The notes below the pieces were generated by a model that saw nothing but the letters and a program-made list of their open reading frames with translations, was not told the origin of the DNA and did no database searches. From NCBI GenBank assembly GCA_051819665.1, contig JBNJDG010000002.1, forward strand, positions 2,439-66,438: a stretch of DNA of 64,000 bases, read 5' to 3'. The DNA is from Nanobdellota archaeon. Its GTDB lineage: Archaea > Nanobdellota > Nanobdellia > Woesearchaeales > CAZZGN01. Every line of letters starts with the position of its first letter. The stretch's first letter is position 1. The position numbers and the translations under genes were made by a program. Below, piece after piece: positions 9,401 through 18,527 of this stretch.

Positions 9401-10910
9401 TCAAACTCCTTTATCAAAAGAGAAGGATATAATCCTGAAATTCCTAAAGGAATCAAGCGTGGATCTCCTCAATATATATGAAAAATTCAGAGAGATTCTT
9501 ATTTCTGATCACCCGGATAAGGACAAAAGGATCAGCTCTATGATGAAGAATATAGACAAATTATGGGATGATATATTTGAAGGCAGGAACGAAAGATACG
9601 ATGAAGATATATTTTTATCGCTTCTCTATACCGTCTTCAACCCACATATCACCACGACAAAGGAAAAATACAAAAAAAGCTTCTCTGAAAGAGAGGACAG
9701 ACAAAATGATATACCATCTGCACTTCAAAACAGGTCTAAGATCAATGTAAGAATATCAAAAGGGGGATACAAGCTAAAAGAAGGTAAAGAGATTGACTAT
9801 AAAAACTGGAAATTCATACCCGAGATTGTTGAAGAAGTAAATAACGACGATACAGGCAGATATCTCCAAGCTGAAGAATTGGGGATCAGATTATTGGGTT
9901 CATTCGTAAATAAAAACATCAAGAACCATAAGGAATGGTTTTTTAGAGAGATATACAGATACCAAAAAAACATGAACGGTGAAAGCCTCCCCTCCTTTAA
10001 CACAGAACATTCAACTTTAGAGAAATATAAGGAATTCATAGGAGACAGGATCAAGAATGATCTTATCATACACCTTATAGACGAAGCCTCAAATAAAAGG
10101 GATGATGAATATAAAGAATTGGTCAGTAAGATCGGAAAACCAAAAAATTTCAAAGGACTCGCAAAGACTCTGTTCAATCTCCTTAATTCCGGCATGGAGA
10201 AAGACCAAAAAAATCAGAAAGCTAAATCGATCCTTGAAAACAATGGAATTATCATCGAAAATATAGATATAGAACCTAATGGATGGAGAGATGTTGAGGA
10301 ATGGTTGAATGAAAGAGCAGGCGATTCAATTGGAAAAACAACAATAAACAATATGTTCATTGAATTGATAGGAGATGAGGAATCAAAGATAAAGAAGGAA
10401 CTCGACAAGTTCCTTTTTTCAGAGAGCCTTGAGGGCAAGCTAGGAGAGAAGTTCACCTTCATGTTGAGCAAGAGGAAACCACATTCTGTAGCAATGTATA
10501 ACTTCGGTGTCTGTATAGCTCCGGACAACAAATTATGGAATGATCCAAGTTTCTGGCAGATGATAATTTTTGATGAAAAAAAATATGCCTGCGGAGGTAT
10601 AATATACAGAACAATAGAGGAGAACGGGAAAAAATACCTTGTCGCATCGATCCAGCCGAACTCACGGATTCTGGACAAAGTCTCAGCCAATAATTTGTAT
10701 GAAAAGATAATAAGATATTCAAAGATAATGGTGAAAAAGCTGGGTTATAGTCAGCTTCTTATACCCAAAGCTAAAGAGATACATTCCAACAGAGGGAAGA
10801 TCCAGGATATTATCAATGAAAAAGGTTATCCCAGGAAATCTTTGCAGAAGACACATACTTTCTCATATTCACCAAATAATTATACCTACAAAGAATTTTT
10901 CATAGTATGA
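6492..10910 (+). CDS. Giant orphan protein (1472 aa), helical and repeat-containing, function unknown
   Basis: Uninterrupted ORF with no P-loop, nuclease or protease motif detectable by eye. Internal repeats are NYRKIINKVRDLILIYHKYD vs NYREVLRKSYDVFILLYKNRKN, and LFDKFGIIIIDSLVIPVIKSQ vs LFERFGLGIFESLILPLLKGQ. Composition is K/E/N/I/Y-rich. Confidence 0.6.
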   Translation: MNLFRRKEPDYERFRVLNEFLDSGTGIRWHSKKRLRKLRHFIRDLKHLEEDFENNKEVLDKIRHLEHVYDDLLRFYKEHKNEYFNNLKQELPEVDIKTINQDKKELSQMINNLEDMYTLIGGKKISKKYYREIREWLESLGFYFKYNEEMGNFLILHYREIYDFWQENREFTYLFIQSMNHLIIEEYNEKARHHLIDGFKKLYKSFINKGMKTEDIRQNILPVMKIIRKKEKTIPAEKFEKICELTSELVSMGHDRISQSFEEILDHITKIKSNEEIEDLKSIARPVGGEKNLRDLLPLFDKIGYGKPSEFIGDTCKKIMEEGAQHNLDEFIKNISYQLKDIINEKNYRKIINKVRDLILIYHKYDSYAVPEENKYAYLFARTEGLLTEKSFDLLADKIIEVKDPNFFDIIDKSIEQYKSYIKNDFASFLGRVILAYTIVTKCTKKDLPDSELGKKIIENTDRDLSYQEINRISEDIGELSRSLYPLDFMSHLELIPKFLITDPDRLEYLLKILDRIKENTENKDHRYWLDTVLPNLSGIINKNNYREVLRKSYDVFILLYKNRKNSRHFGTNRTMGAFPYFNHSPSKEGFDSLYDKLTSLKGRQSINSYMEGLNDYLIDFHHFINQENFKEYIELYNILFDEDFDEKNKSEYIRGASVFKGLIYRDGVSIKSIISMLKRLEKRHKDPVSIILNSLYYINDRLTSNNIETYLDILYKVETNTKNSKTALRVLFEDFSKYINENNIEDYADKIIEIEKLCRNLDDEIMNKLFYCRELFDKFGIIIIDSLVIPVIKSQKNTAKEIFAPIEHITKHIDNRKDLEYLSDFSVNINLKSGHSGKLSIIEKSSLFEIPFTLLKERPGQENTKYLAKRLNDVKKYSKHLDDVIKAIKKLRPLFERFGLGIFESLILPLLKGQEVGASKCFESISSIQDSIESEEGIKLLLTIQRYRKLKTNQFYKEILIQGMQENIIQTPLSKEKDIILKFLKESSVDLLNIYEKFREILISDHPDKDKRISSMMKNIDKLWDDIFEGRNERYDEDIFLSLLYTVFNPHITTTKEKYKKSFSEREDRQNDIPSALQNRSKINVRISKGGYKLKEGKEIDYKNWKFIPEIVEEVNNDDTGRYLQAEELGIRLLGSFVNKNIKNHKEWFFREIYRYQKNMNGESLPSFNTEHSTLEKYKEFIGDRIKNDLIIHLIDEASNKRDDEYKELVSKIGKPKNFKGLAKTLFNLLNSGMEKDQKNQKAKSILENNGIIIENIDIEPNGWRDVEEWLNERAGDSIGKTTINNMFIELIGDEESKIKKELDKFLFSESLEGKLGEKFTFMLSKRKPHSVAMYNFGVCIAPDNKLWNDPSFWQMIIFDEKKYACGGIIYRTIEENGKKYLVASIQPNSRILDKVSANNLYEKIIRYSKIMVKKLGYSQLLIPKAKEIHSNRGKIQDIINEKGYPRKSLQKTHTFSYSPNNYTYKEFFIV

Positions 10911-10940
10911 TGGGATGGTAAAGATAACAGATCTTCGCGC

Positions 10941-11372
10941 TCATCTCTTCAGCTTCTCGACGAAGGGATGATCAGCTTCCGTTATGTCATATTTCTCCAG
11001 ATCCTCAGGCCTTACCCAGGCATGATCATCAATCTCTTTCTTCTGTATCTCACCCGAGATGAACCTGCAATGGAAGCCCAGAAGGACAACATGCTTGTTG
11101 CCATAAGTATGTGAAGAATACTCGAAAGGCTCAAGAGCCTTGATCCTTATACCCATCTCCTCGTCTATCTCCCTCTCAATACACTCACGGAGATCCTCAC
11201 TAAACTCTACTTTTCCACCAGGAAATTCCCATCTGCCTCCATTCAATTTACTCTCAGGCCTCTTAGTGATAAGGAATTTCCCTTGATCCTCTATAACCGC
11301 TGCTGTTACAAGGAGCTGTTTCTTTTCCATGAAAGGTCCGGGAAATGACCGGCTTAAATATTTTTCGAACAA
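10941..11372 (-). CDS. NUDIX hydrolase (MutT-like)
   Basis: Nudix box GGKVEFSEDLRECIEREIDEEMGI (GX5EX7REUXEEXGU). Confidence 0.75.
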   Translation of the reverse strand: MFEKYLSRSFPGPFMEKKQLLVTAAVIEDQGKFLITKRPESKLNGGRWEFPGGKVEFSEDLRECIEREIDEEMGIRIKALEPFEYSSHTYGNKHVVLLGFHCRFISGEIQKKEIDDHAWVRPEDLEKYDITEADHPFVEKLKR

Positions 11373-11451
11373 TATCTATGAAAATCACCATGAAAGAATG
11401 GTCAAAAAAACATAAGTTTATAAGAGAAAAGAACATCCCCCCAAAATTCGG

Positions 11452-12288
11452 ATGAAATCGGGAAAAATAAAACTCGGGATTGCAACCCTCGCCATGATAA
11501 TCGCTCTTGGATACTCCACGCGTATGAATGCCCAGGAAAATAAAGATGTGAACATAAAAGCAGGGATAGAACTCGGCGACCTCGGACCTTACAGGAACGA
11601 GAATTCTGACATCAGCTCCCTGAAAGGGACACTCGGAGCAGAATTAGATTCTGAAGGATGGAACATAAGGGCAAAGGGAAATCATACCGTATATTCAGGT
11701 GAGCTCGAAGATAAAATAACAGAAGGGAAAAGCAATTCTGTAAGGTTAGATGTAGGGAGAAAGATAAACGAGGGTGTTTTCCTCTCACCTTATGCACTAT
11801 TAAAAGACGATATGGACCCTTTAAGAGAGTTTACAAACAACAATGTCTATTCTGTTGCCGGAGGCTTGGCCGGAGAGGTACTTGTAAAGGAACCTTTTAC
11901 CATTATCGGAGATGCAAGGGTCACATCCCTCAGTAATCAGGAGATTGACCATTCTGCAAATCTTGGACTGATGTATTATTTCGGAAAAGACCGGGCTTCT
12001 ATAAAAGGAGCCACATGGAAGGAATCTATAAGGGATGTGAGAACCAATATGATATATGGTTCTTTCCATCACGAATTCACAGATGATCTTTCCACAGATG
12101 TATACGGAGGCATAGGCAAAGAGAAAGGGTCTGAGGACAGGAACATCATGACATCAGGCATAAAACTCAATTACAATATCAAGGAGAATCTGGAGATCGG
12201 TGTGTCCTACAGGCATTATGGATCAAAGGGTGAAGGGCAGTACAACGCACAGGACATAGTAGGCGTCAATGCCAGATGGGGTCTTTAG
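11452..12288 (+). CDS. Secreted beta-rich protein with signal peptide, porin-like alternating pattern
   Basis: N-terminal signal peptide (KLGIATLAMIIALGYS). Repeated amphipathic alternating stretches (IKLNYNI, EIGVSYRHY). C-terminus is ..VNARWGL. Confidence 0.45.
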   Translation: MKSGKIKLGIATLAMIIALGYSTRMNAQENKDVNIKAGIELGDLGPYRNENSDISSLKGTLGAELDSEGWNIRAKGNHTVYSGELEDKITEGKSNSVRLDVGRKINEGVFLSPYALLKDDMDPLREFTNNNVYSVAGGLAGEVLVKEPFTIIGDARVTSLSNQEIDHSANLGLMYYFGKDRASIKGATWKESIRDVRTNMIYGSFHHEFTDDLSTDVYGGIGKEKGSEDRNIMTSGIKLNYNIKENLEIGVSYRHYGSKGEGQYNAQDIVGVNARWGL

Positions 12289-12289
12289 G

Positions 12290-13624
12290 ATGGATGAGAT
12301 GAATTATCAGATGATGGCTTATGGTCTTCCTGCAGCCGTAGCCCTGATAGCAGACGGGATAGATACCGCTGTAAGGGCTAACCTATACAGGAAAAACAAT
12401 AAGATTATCAGCGAGTTCAGGAATGAGCTTAAAAAAATGCCGGCCGGGAAGAATGATTACGGCTTTGTTATACCCATGTTTAAGAACCCGGGAGACGTTG
12501 ATAAGTGCCTTGAAACACTCATCGATAAGGTAGGAGTGGACAATTCTGATATTATAGCTGTGGATGATTTTTCTGATGATAATGGAGAAGTAAAGAGGAT
12601 AGCAGAAAAATATAATGTAGAGACCAGAGAGATAACCAGAGAAGAGAAGGATCTGCGTAAAGTCAGGGCACAGAGGAAAGGAACACAGAGATGGCTGGAA
12701 AGAGACAAGGATTATGTCGTATGCCTGGATTCCGACTGTTTCATTGATTCAGGGAAGGATCAGCTTGAATCCGCAATGGACGAGATGGACCTGATGGGCC
12801 TGGATGCAATGACCGCCCAGGTACTGCCTATAATGGACAAAGGTTCCAACCTCCTTGAAAGGATACAGGATATAGAATATAAACAGGCTATGAGGGCAGG
12901 AAGAGGCTCCATGTATACCTTAAAGAAAAACCATGATGAAAAACCGGAAAGTTTAGGAGAGCTCAGGGACAAATATTCGGTGAAAAGGTCATCGCAGATA
13001 TGCATCTCCGGAGCTTTCGGGATATTCAAACCTTCACAACTCAATGAAGTGCTTAATGAGATGAAAACTAAGGGCGGTGGCGAAGATGTTGAGATAACAC
13101 AGAGGCTTCTCGCAAAGGATAAGAAGATTGGATACAACAACAATCTCATCGTCAGCACAGATGTTCCAAATAACCTGAAAGAATGGGGAAGGCAAAGGGA
13201 TTACTGGGCACAGTTCACATCATCGAGCCATTTCTTCGATGCCGGATATAAAAGGGACATACTTTTCAAAAATAAGAAGCTTAATCTTGATACCGGAGGG
13301 ACCGCCCTGGGGGTACAGGCTCTGAGAGATGTTTATGCCCATCCGGTCAAGTTGGTAAGTTTCCCTTTCCTTGCTATGAATCCGCCTTTAGCGGCCGCTT
13401 TCCTCGCGGTCTATTATGGGATCGACCTTTATAACAGTGCAAAGGTCAAGGAAAAAGGAGAAAAGAAGGATCCGGTTGCAGGAGCTATGCTCCCGTTCTA
13501 TAGGCTGGGACAATTATTGGGCCCTACAACAGTCGGATACGGCAAACAGTTCGGAAGGATGTTCGGCAGGAACAAAAGCTCCGGGCAGAGAGGATATGAT
13601 CCTACGACCAAACAGGGGAATTAG
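12290..13624 (+). CDS. Membrane-associated family-2-like glycosyltransferase
   Basis: DDFSDDNG and LDSDCF (DxD) motifs and QRDYW (QxxRW-like), with hydrophobic segments at both ends. The start was chosen at M8 (12290) just after the upstream stop. Confidence 0.5.
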   Translation: MDEMNYQMMAYGLPAAVALIADGIDTAVRANLYRKNNKIISEFRNELKKMPAGKNDYGFVIPMFKNPGDVDKCLETLIDKVGVDNSDIIAVDDFSDDNGEVKRIAEKYNVETREITREEKDLRKVRAQRKGTQRWLERDKDYVVCLDSDCFIDSGKDQLESAMDEMDLMGLDAMTAQVLPIMDKGSNLLERIQDIEYKQAMRAGRGSMYTLKKNHDEKPESLGELRDKYSVKRSSQICISGAFGIFKPSQLNEVLNEMKTKGGGEDVEITQRLLAKDKKIGYNNNLIVSTDVPNNLKEWGRQRDYWAQFTSSSHFFDAGYKRDILFKNKKLNLDTGGTALGVQALRDVYAHPVKLVSFPFLAMNPPLAAAFLAVYYGIDLYNSAKVKEKGEKKDPVAGAMLPFYRLGQLLGPTTVGYGKQFGRMFGRNKSSGQRGYDPTTKQGN

Positions 13625-13626
13625 AG

Positions 13627-14595
13627 ATGTCTGAAAAAATATTGGTGACAGGAGGGGCAGGATTTGTAGGGTCATATATAGTGGATGAACTCGTAAACCA
13701 GGGAAAGGAAGTGAAAGTGATGGATGACCTGAGGACCGGAAGGGTTGAGAATATAAAACATGTTATGGATAAGATAAGTTTCTTACAGGAATCCGTCCTC
13801 AACCAGAATGCTCTTGATTTATTCATGAAGGATGTGGACACGGTTTATCATCTTGCAGCCGAGGTAGGTGTTAATAGGGTCATTGGAAGAGACAAAGATA
13901 TATGGGAGAATGATTATATAGGTACTGAAAAAGCGCTCAATGCTGCAGTGAAGAACAAGGTCAGGAAATTCCTTTTTACCTCCACATCTGAAGTCTACGG
14001 GAAATTCGACCAGGAAAAACTGCCTATGAGAGAAAATAGTTCTTTTGTTGCTGATACTGTTTATGGTAAGGCGAAGCTCGATGCAGAAAATCTGGTATCA
14101 GAATATGCTGAGAAGTACAACATAGCAGGTATTTCCACTAGATACTTTAATGCCTATGGACCGAGGCAGACACTCAACGGTTATTGCGTCCCCCATTTTA
14201 TAGATGCAGCGATGAAAGGAGAGAATATAGAGATACACGGGGACGGCAGCCAGACAAGGGATCTCACTTATGTGGATGATGCTGTAGCTCTTACAATGTC
14301 CCTTCTGGATGAGAGCATCGCGGATAAAGCCAAAGGGGATTCGTTCAACATAGGTACAGGACTGAGTGTCTCAATGCTGGATCTCTCTAAAAAGATAATA
14401 GAGATGACAGGTTCGGATTCAGAGATTGTCTACAAGCCAAAAAGGAGACCCGCTGATGGTTACCATAAGCTGGGAGACGCCACCAAGATACTTGAGACCA
14501 CAGGACTGGGAGCAGACATAAGCCTTGAAGAAGGATTGCAGAGGACAATATTTGAACATCAGGAGAAAAAGGCTTATAGTTATCGTAAAGCTTAA
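13627..14595 (+). CDS. NAD-dependent sugar-nucleotide epimerase/dehydratase (SDR family)
   Basis: ILVTGGAGFVGSYIVDEL (Rossmann GxxGxxG) and catalytic YGKAK. Confidence 0.75.
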   Translation: MSEKILVTGGAGFVGSYIVDELVNQGKEVKVMDDLRTGRVENIKHVMDKISFLQESVLNQNALDLFMKDVDTVYHLAAEVGVNRVIGRDKDIWENDYIGTEKALNAAVKNKVRKFLFTSTSEVYGKFDQEKLPMRENSSFVADTVYGKAKLDAENLVSEYAEKYNIAGISTRYFNAYGPRQTLNGYCVPHFIDAAMKGENIEIHGDGSQTRDLTYVDDAVALTMSLLDESIADKAKGDSFNIGTGLSVSMLDLSKKIIEMTGSDSEIVYKPKRRPADGYHKLGDATKILETTGLGADISLEEGLQRTIFEHQEKKAYSYRKA

Positions 14596-14766
14596 GTTAT
14601 TTTCCCATCATTTATTCTCTAATGAAGCCCGAACCAGCCATAACCCTCAGAGTACAGCAAAAAGATCTATGCAGGCAATTATACAATGAAGACAAGGCAC
14701 CATAGCTCTGATTGACACATCTTTCTTCCACAAAATTTAAATAATATCTTTCACTTCTTTTAATAT

Positions 14767-15276
14767 ATGTTAAAAACTCAAAAAATTTTAAAAATGTTAA
14801 AACAAAAAGAAGACCAGGAATACATCGACCTGATAAAGGAGCTTGCAAGATCCCAGGGTTCAGATGCCCTTAGTGGTGAGATCTACGCGATTCTCTACTT
14901 AAGCAGGGACAAGGTCAGCATGGACGAGATAGCAGAAGAGACAGGCTACAGCCTCGCTACGATAAGCAATAAACTGAAATTCCTAGAGATGGCGAACATA
15001 ATCGAAAGGACAAAGAAACCGGGAAGCAGGAAGCATTATGTATATATGAAAAAGGATCTTATCGAGATACACAAGCAGAACCTGATCAACGCCCAGAAGA
15101 ACAGCATAAAAAAAATAAAAGAAAAACTCCCTGATATAATAAAAAACTACAGAAAGAAAAAGAAACATGATAAAGAGAAACTGAGTATAATGAAGAATCA
15201 TTTAAATCAGGCAGGTAAGATAGATAAAGTGATGGATAAGATAATAAAGGAGCTTGAGGATGAAAAAGATAATTGA
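14767..15276 (+). CDS. Winged-helix transcriptional regulator (MarR/PadR/GbsR-like) preceding the ABC transporter
   Basis: HTH is MDEIAEETGYSLATISNKLKFLEMANII. It overlaps the ABC ATPase gene. Confidence 0.4.
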   Translation: MLKTQKILKMLKQKEDQEYIDLIKELARSQGSDALSGEIYAILYLSRDKVSMDEIAEETGYSLATISNKLKFLEMANIIERTKKPGSRKHYVYMKKDLIEIHKQNLINAQKNSIKKIKEKLPDIIKNYRKKKKHDKEKLSIMKNHLNQAGKIDKVMDKIIKELEDEKDN

Positions 15277-15961
15277 GTTAAGGGATGTATGGAAGACCTA
15301 CCAGATGGGTGATGTCAAGGTCGAGGCTTTGAGGAGCCTTAATATCGATGTAGGTAAAGGAGAATTCCTGGCCATAATGGGCCCTAGCGGCTCAGGGAAA
15401 TCCACTTCGGTGAACATGGTAGGATGCCTTGATATACCCACTAAAGGAGCTATCTACCTCGAAGGCCAGAACATCGCGAAACTTACGGAATCAGATCTTG
15501 CGCAGATAAGGGGGAAAAAGATAGGCTTCATCTTCCAGCAGTTCAATCTGATAAACACATTAACAGCACTTGAGAATGTTATGCTTCCCATGTCGTTCCA
15601 GGAATATGATAAAGCTTATCAGAGGAAGAGAGCTAAAGAGCTCCTGGATCAGGTAGGCCTGGGAGAAAGGCTCAATCATACACCGAACGAACTCTCTGGA
15701 GGACAGCAGCAGAGAGTCGCGATAGCAAGGAGCCTTGCCAACGATCCCGATGTCATCCTCGCAGATGAGCCGACAGGAAATCTGGACAGTAAGACAGGAA
15801 CGAGCGTGATGGAATATCTGGGTGATCTGCACAGGAAAAAGGGAAAGACAATCATCATGGTGACCCATGATGAAGAACTGGTCCAGTTTGCCGACAGGAC
15901 AGAATACCTGAAAGACGGGACCATCGTGAAAAGCCTTAAGAAAGGAGGTAAAAGAAAATGA
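15254..15961 (+). CDS. ABC transporter ATP-binding protein (MacB/LolD-type)
   Basis: Walker A GPSGSGKST, signature LSGGQQQRVAIARSL, Walker B ILADEPTGNLD. Confidence 0.85.
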   Translation: MRMKKIIELRDVWKTYQMGDVKVEALRSLNIDVGKGEFLAIMGPSGSGKSTSVNMVGCLDIPTKGAIYLEGQNIAKLTESDLAQIRGKKIGFIFQQFNLINTLTALENVMLPMSFQEYDKAYQRKRAKELLDQVGLGERLNHTPNELSGGQQQRVAIARSLANDPDVILADEPTGNLDSKTGTSVMEYLGDLHRKKGKTIIMVTHDEELVQFADRTEYLKDGTIVKSLKKGGKRK

Positions 15962-17310
15962 AAAAGATGATTTTGTTTATAATGCTCATAATGCTCGCCA
16001 CAGGAGTGGGTGCTGCAACCGATAGCCCTTTAGTAATGGTTGATAATGAGACAGAGAGAGACTCAAAGCTTTATATGGTCAGCCAGCAACCGGATCCTGC
16101 TGAACCCGGTTCTTATGTGGAAGTAAGATGGAAGGTGGAAAATGTCGGTGAAGAGAAAACAGGAGATGTTGTCTTCGAGATCGAGCCAAAGTACCCATTC
16201 ACACTTTCAAAGAGCATGGAGAAGAGACAGGTCCTTGGAGAGATGGACTCTTACCAGACAGGAGAAGAGGCATACATCCTCTATTACAAACTTAAAGTTG
16301 ATGAAGAAGCTGTGGAAGGACCTAACGAGATTGACCTGAGGTATTCCACCAATGGAGGCGAAGACTGGTCTACAGCCCCCTATCACATAAGAGTGGAAGA
16401 ACAGAATTACCTAATATCTATAGATGATGTGGAGACCCAGCCCGAAAAAGCAACGCCGGGGAAGCCTCTCGATCTGACCATGACATTCAAGAACATGGCA
16501 TCTTCAGAGATAAAGGATGTTACGGCAAGCCTTGACCTGAGCGAAGTCCCTTTCTCACCAAAATCCTCTGTTGACGAGAAAGTCTTCGGTCTCATAAGAC
16601 CCAGAGATTCTGTTGAGGCAGAATTCAAGCTTTCAACTGACGCATCTGCAGAATCCAAGGTACACAAGGTGCCTGTTACCATAACATATCATGACAGGAA
16701 AGGCAAAAAATACACGAAAGAATTCAATCTCGGGGTTGAGGTGTTCAACGAGCCGGAATACACACTGAACATTGAAGACTCAGAGATATACAGAAGCGGC
16801 CAGAAAGGGAACATAGTATTCAGTCTCTCTAATACCGGCTCAGGAGAAATCAAATATCTCACCCTTGACCTGAAGGACACAGAAGATTATGAGATAATAT
16901 CTTCAGAGAAGGTCTATATAGGGAATATAGAGAGTGACGGTTTTGATACTGCCAACTTCGATATATACGCGGATACGGAGAAAGAGCAGCTCCCCGTGAA
17001 GATAGGTGTTACATACAAGGACAATTACAATCAGGAATACAGTGATGAGAAAGTGCTGAACATAGATCTCCATAACAGAGAGCAGGCAGTCAACTTAGGT
17101 TATGAGAAACCGCAGAACAATACGAATATGATCTTTGGCATAATAACTGCAATAATACTGACGATATTCTGGTTGTTCATGCTCATAGATGCTATCAAAT
17201 CCGGACACGAGAATTACAGGAAAGTGCTCTGGATAGCACTGATAATCCTGACCTTTGCAGTCGGAGCACTCATCTACTACATGATAGGCAGGAAAAAGAG
17301 CCTTGGTTGA
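15958..17310 (+). CDS. Surface protein with three beta-sandwich (CARDB/COG1361-like) repeats and a C-terminal membrane anchor, co-operonic with the ABC system
   Basis: Signal peptide, three roughly 110-aa acidic repeats (..VENVGEEKTGDV.., ..FKNMASSEIKDV.., ..LSNTGSGEIKYL..) and two C-terminal TM helices. Confidence 0.5.
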   Translation: MKKMILFIMLIMLATGVGAATDSPLVMVDNETERDSKLYMVSQQPDPAEPGSYVEVRWKVENVGEEKTGDVVFEIEPKYPFTLSKSMEKRQVLGEMDSYQTGEEAYILYYKLKVDEEAVEGPNEIDLRYSTNGGEDWSTAPYHIRVEEQNYLISIDDVETQPEKATPGKPLDLTMTFKNMASSEIKDVTASLDLSEVPFSPKSSVDEKVFGLIRPRDSVEAEFKLSTDASAESKVHKVPVTITYHDRKGKKYTKEFNLGVEVFNEPEYTLNIEDSEIYRSGQKGNIVFSLSNTGSGEIKYLTLDLKDTEDYEIISSEKVYIGNIESDGFDTANFDIYADTEKEQLPVKIGVTYKDNYNQEYSDEKVLNIDLHNREQAVNLGYEKPQNNTNMIFGIITAIILTIFWLFMLIDAIKSGHENYRKVLWIALIILTFAVGALIYYMIGRKKSLG

Positions 17311-18527
17311 AAATGCTCAGTGACCATTTTGTCATGGCTTTCAAGAACCTGAAGAACAGGCGTCTGAGGGCCTGGCTCACCATCATCGGTATCTTTATAG
17401 GCATCATGGCTCTTGTTTCACTCATCAGTCTGGGTGAAGGTCTGAGGATCGCGATTAGTGCACAGTTCGGATTCTTAGGCGATGATATACTAACAGTCTC
17501 CGCAACAGGAGGTGGCCAGGGACCACCGGGAACTGGTGTGACTGATCCTCTGCAACAGGAAGATACAAAGAAGATAAGCGACCTGAAAGAGATAGATAAG
17601 GCAGGAGGAAGGCTCATAGACTACACTAAGATAAGATTTGATGATAATGATTACTACAGCTTCGCCGGAAGCTTACCTGAAGGCGAAGGCAGGGATCTTG
17701 TCCTGGACAATCTTGGCGTTGATATAGACGAAGGAAGGATGCTCAAGGAGGATGAGACGGGCAAGATCATGCTTGGCAATACCCTTGCAGAGACACTTGA
17801 AGATGTAAGGGTCGGATCAAGGCTTTTCCTTGAAGACAAGAGGTTCGAGGTTGTTGGTATATTTGAGAAGAAAGGCAGTTTCCCTATAGACAGGGCAGCA
17901 TACACCAATGAGGAGGAGCATGAGGACCTCTTCGGGAGGGAAGAGGAATACGACAATATCATAGCGCGTTACAACAAGGAAACATTCTCCCTCGAAGAGT
18001 CACTTAAATCAACAAGGAGACTTATGAGAGATATCAGAGATGTTGACAAAGGAGAGGAGAACTTCGAAGTTGAAAGTTCTGAGAACGCCGCGGAGAGCCT
18101 CAATTCAACATTATTCGCTGTCCAGCTTTTCGTCTACATAATCGCAGGTATCTCTATCATTGTCGGCGGCATAGGTATAATGACCACAATGTACACTTCT
18201 GTTGTCGAGAGGACAAGAGAGATAGGTATTATGAAATCCCTCGGCGCAAGGAACAAGAGAATCTTCATGATATTCTTCATCGAATCCGGATTCCTCGGTT
18301 TCGTGGGAGGTGCTGTAGGTGTTATCCTTGGGGTTCTCACCGCAAAGGGAGCAGCCTATCTCGGCAGCCTATATCTCGGGTCTGATCTTATCCAGGCGGT
18401 CATAAGCCCGTGGCTGATAGCCGGAGCATTGGCATTCTCTTTCATACTTGGCAGTGTCTTCGGAACATTCCCTGCATTAAGGGCTTCAAAGATGCACCCT
18501 GTTGATGCCCTGAGGTATTCAAAATGA
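17307..18527 (+). CDS. ABC transporter permease, FtsX/MacB-like
   Basis: N-terminal TM, large extracytoplasmic domain, C-terminal FtsX-type 3-TM bundle (..TREIGIMKSLGARNKRI..). Confidence 0.8.
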   Translation: MKMLSDHFVMAFKNLKNRRLRAWLTIIGIFIGIMALVSLISLGEGLRIAISAQFGFLGDDILTVSATGGGQGPPGTGVTDPLQQEDTKKISDLKEIDKAGGRLIDYTKIRFDDNDYYSFAGSLPEGEGRDLVLDNLGVDIDEGRMLKEDETGKIMLGNTLAETLEDVRVGSRLFLEDKRFEVVGIFEKKGSFPIDRAAYTNEEEHEDLFGREEEYDNIIARYNKETFSLEESLKSTRRLMRDIRDVDKGEENFEVESSENAAESLNSTLFAVQLFVYIIAGISIIVGGIGIMTTMYTSVVERTREIGIMKSLGARNKRIFMIFFIESGFLGFVGGAVGVILGVLTAKGAAYLGSLYLGSDLIQAVISPWLIAGALAFSFILGSVFGTFPALRASKMHPVDALRYSK

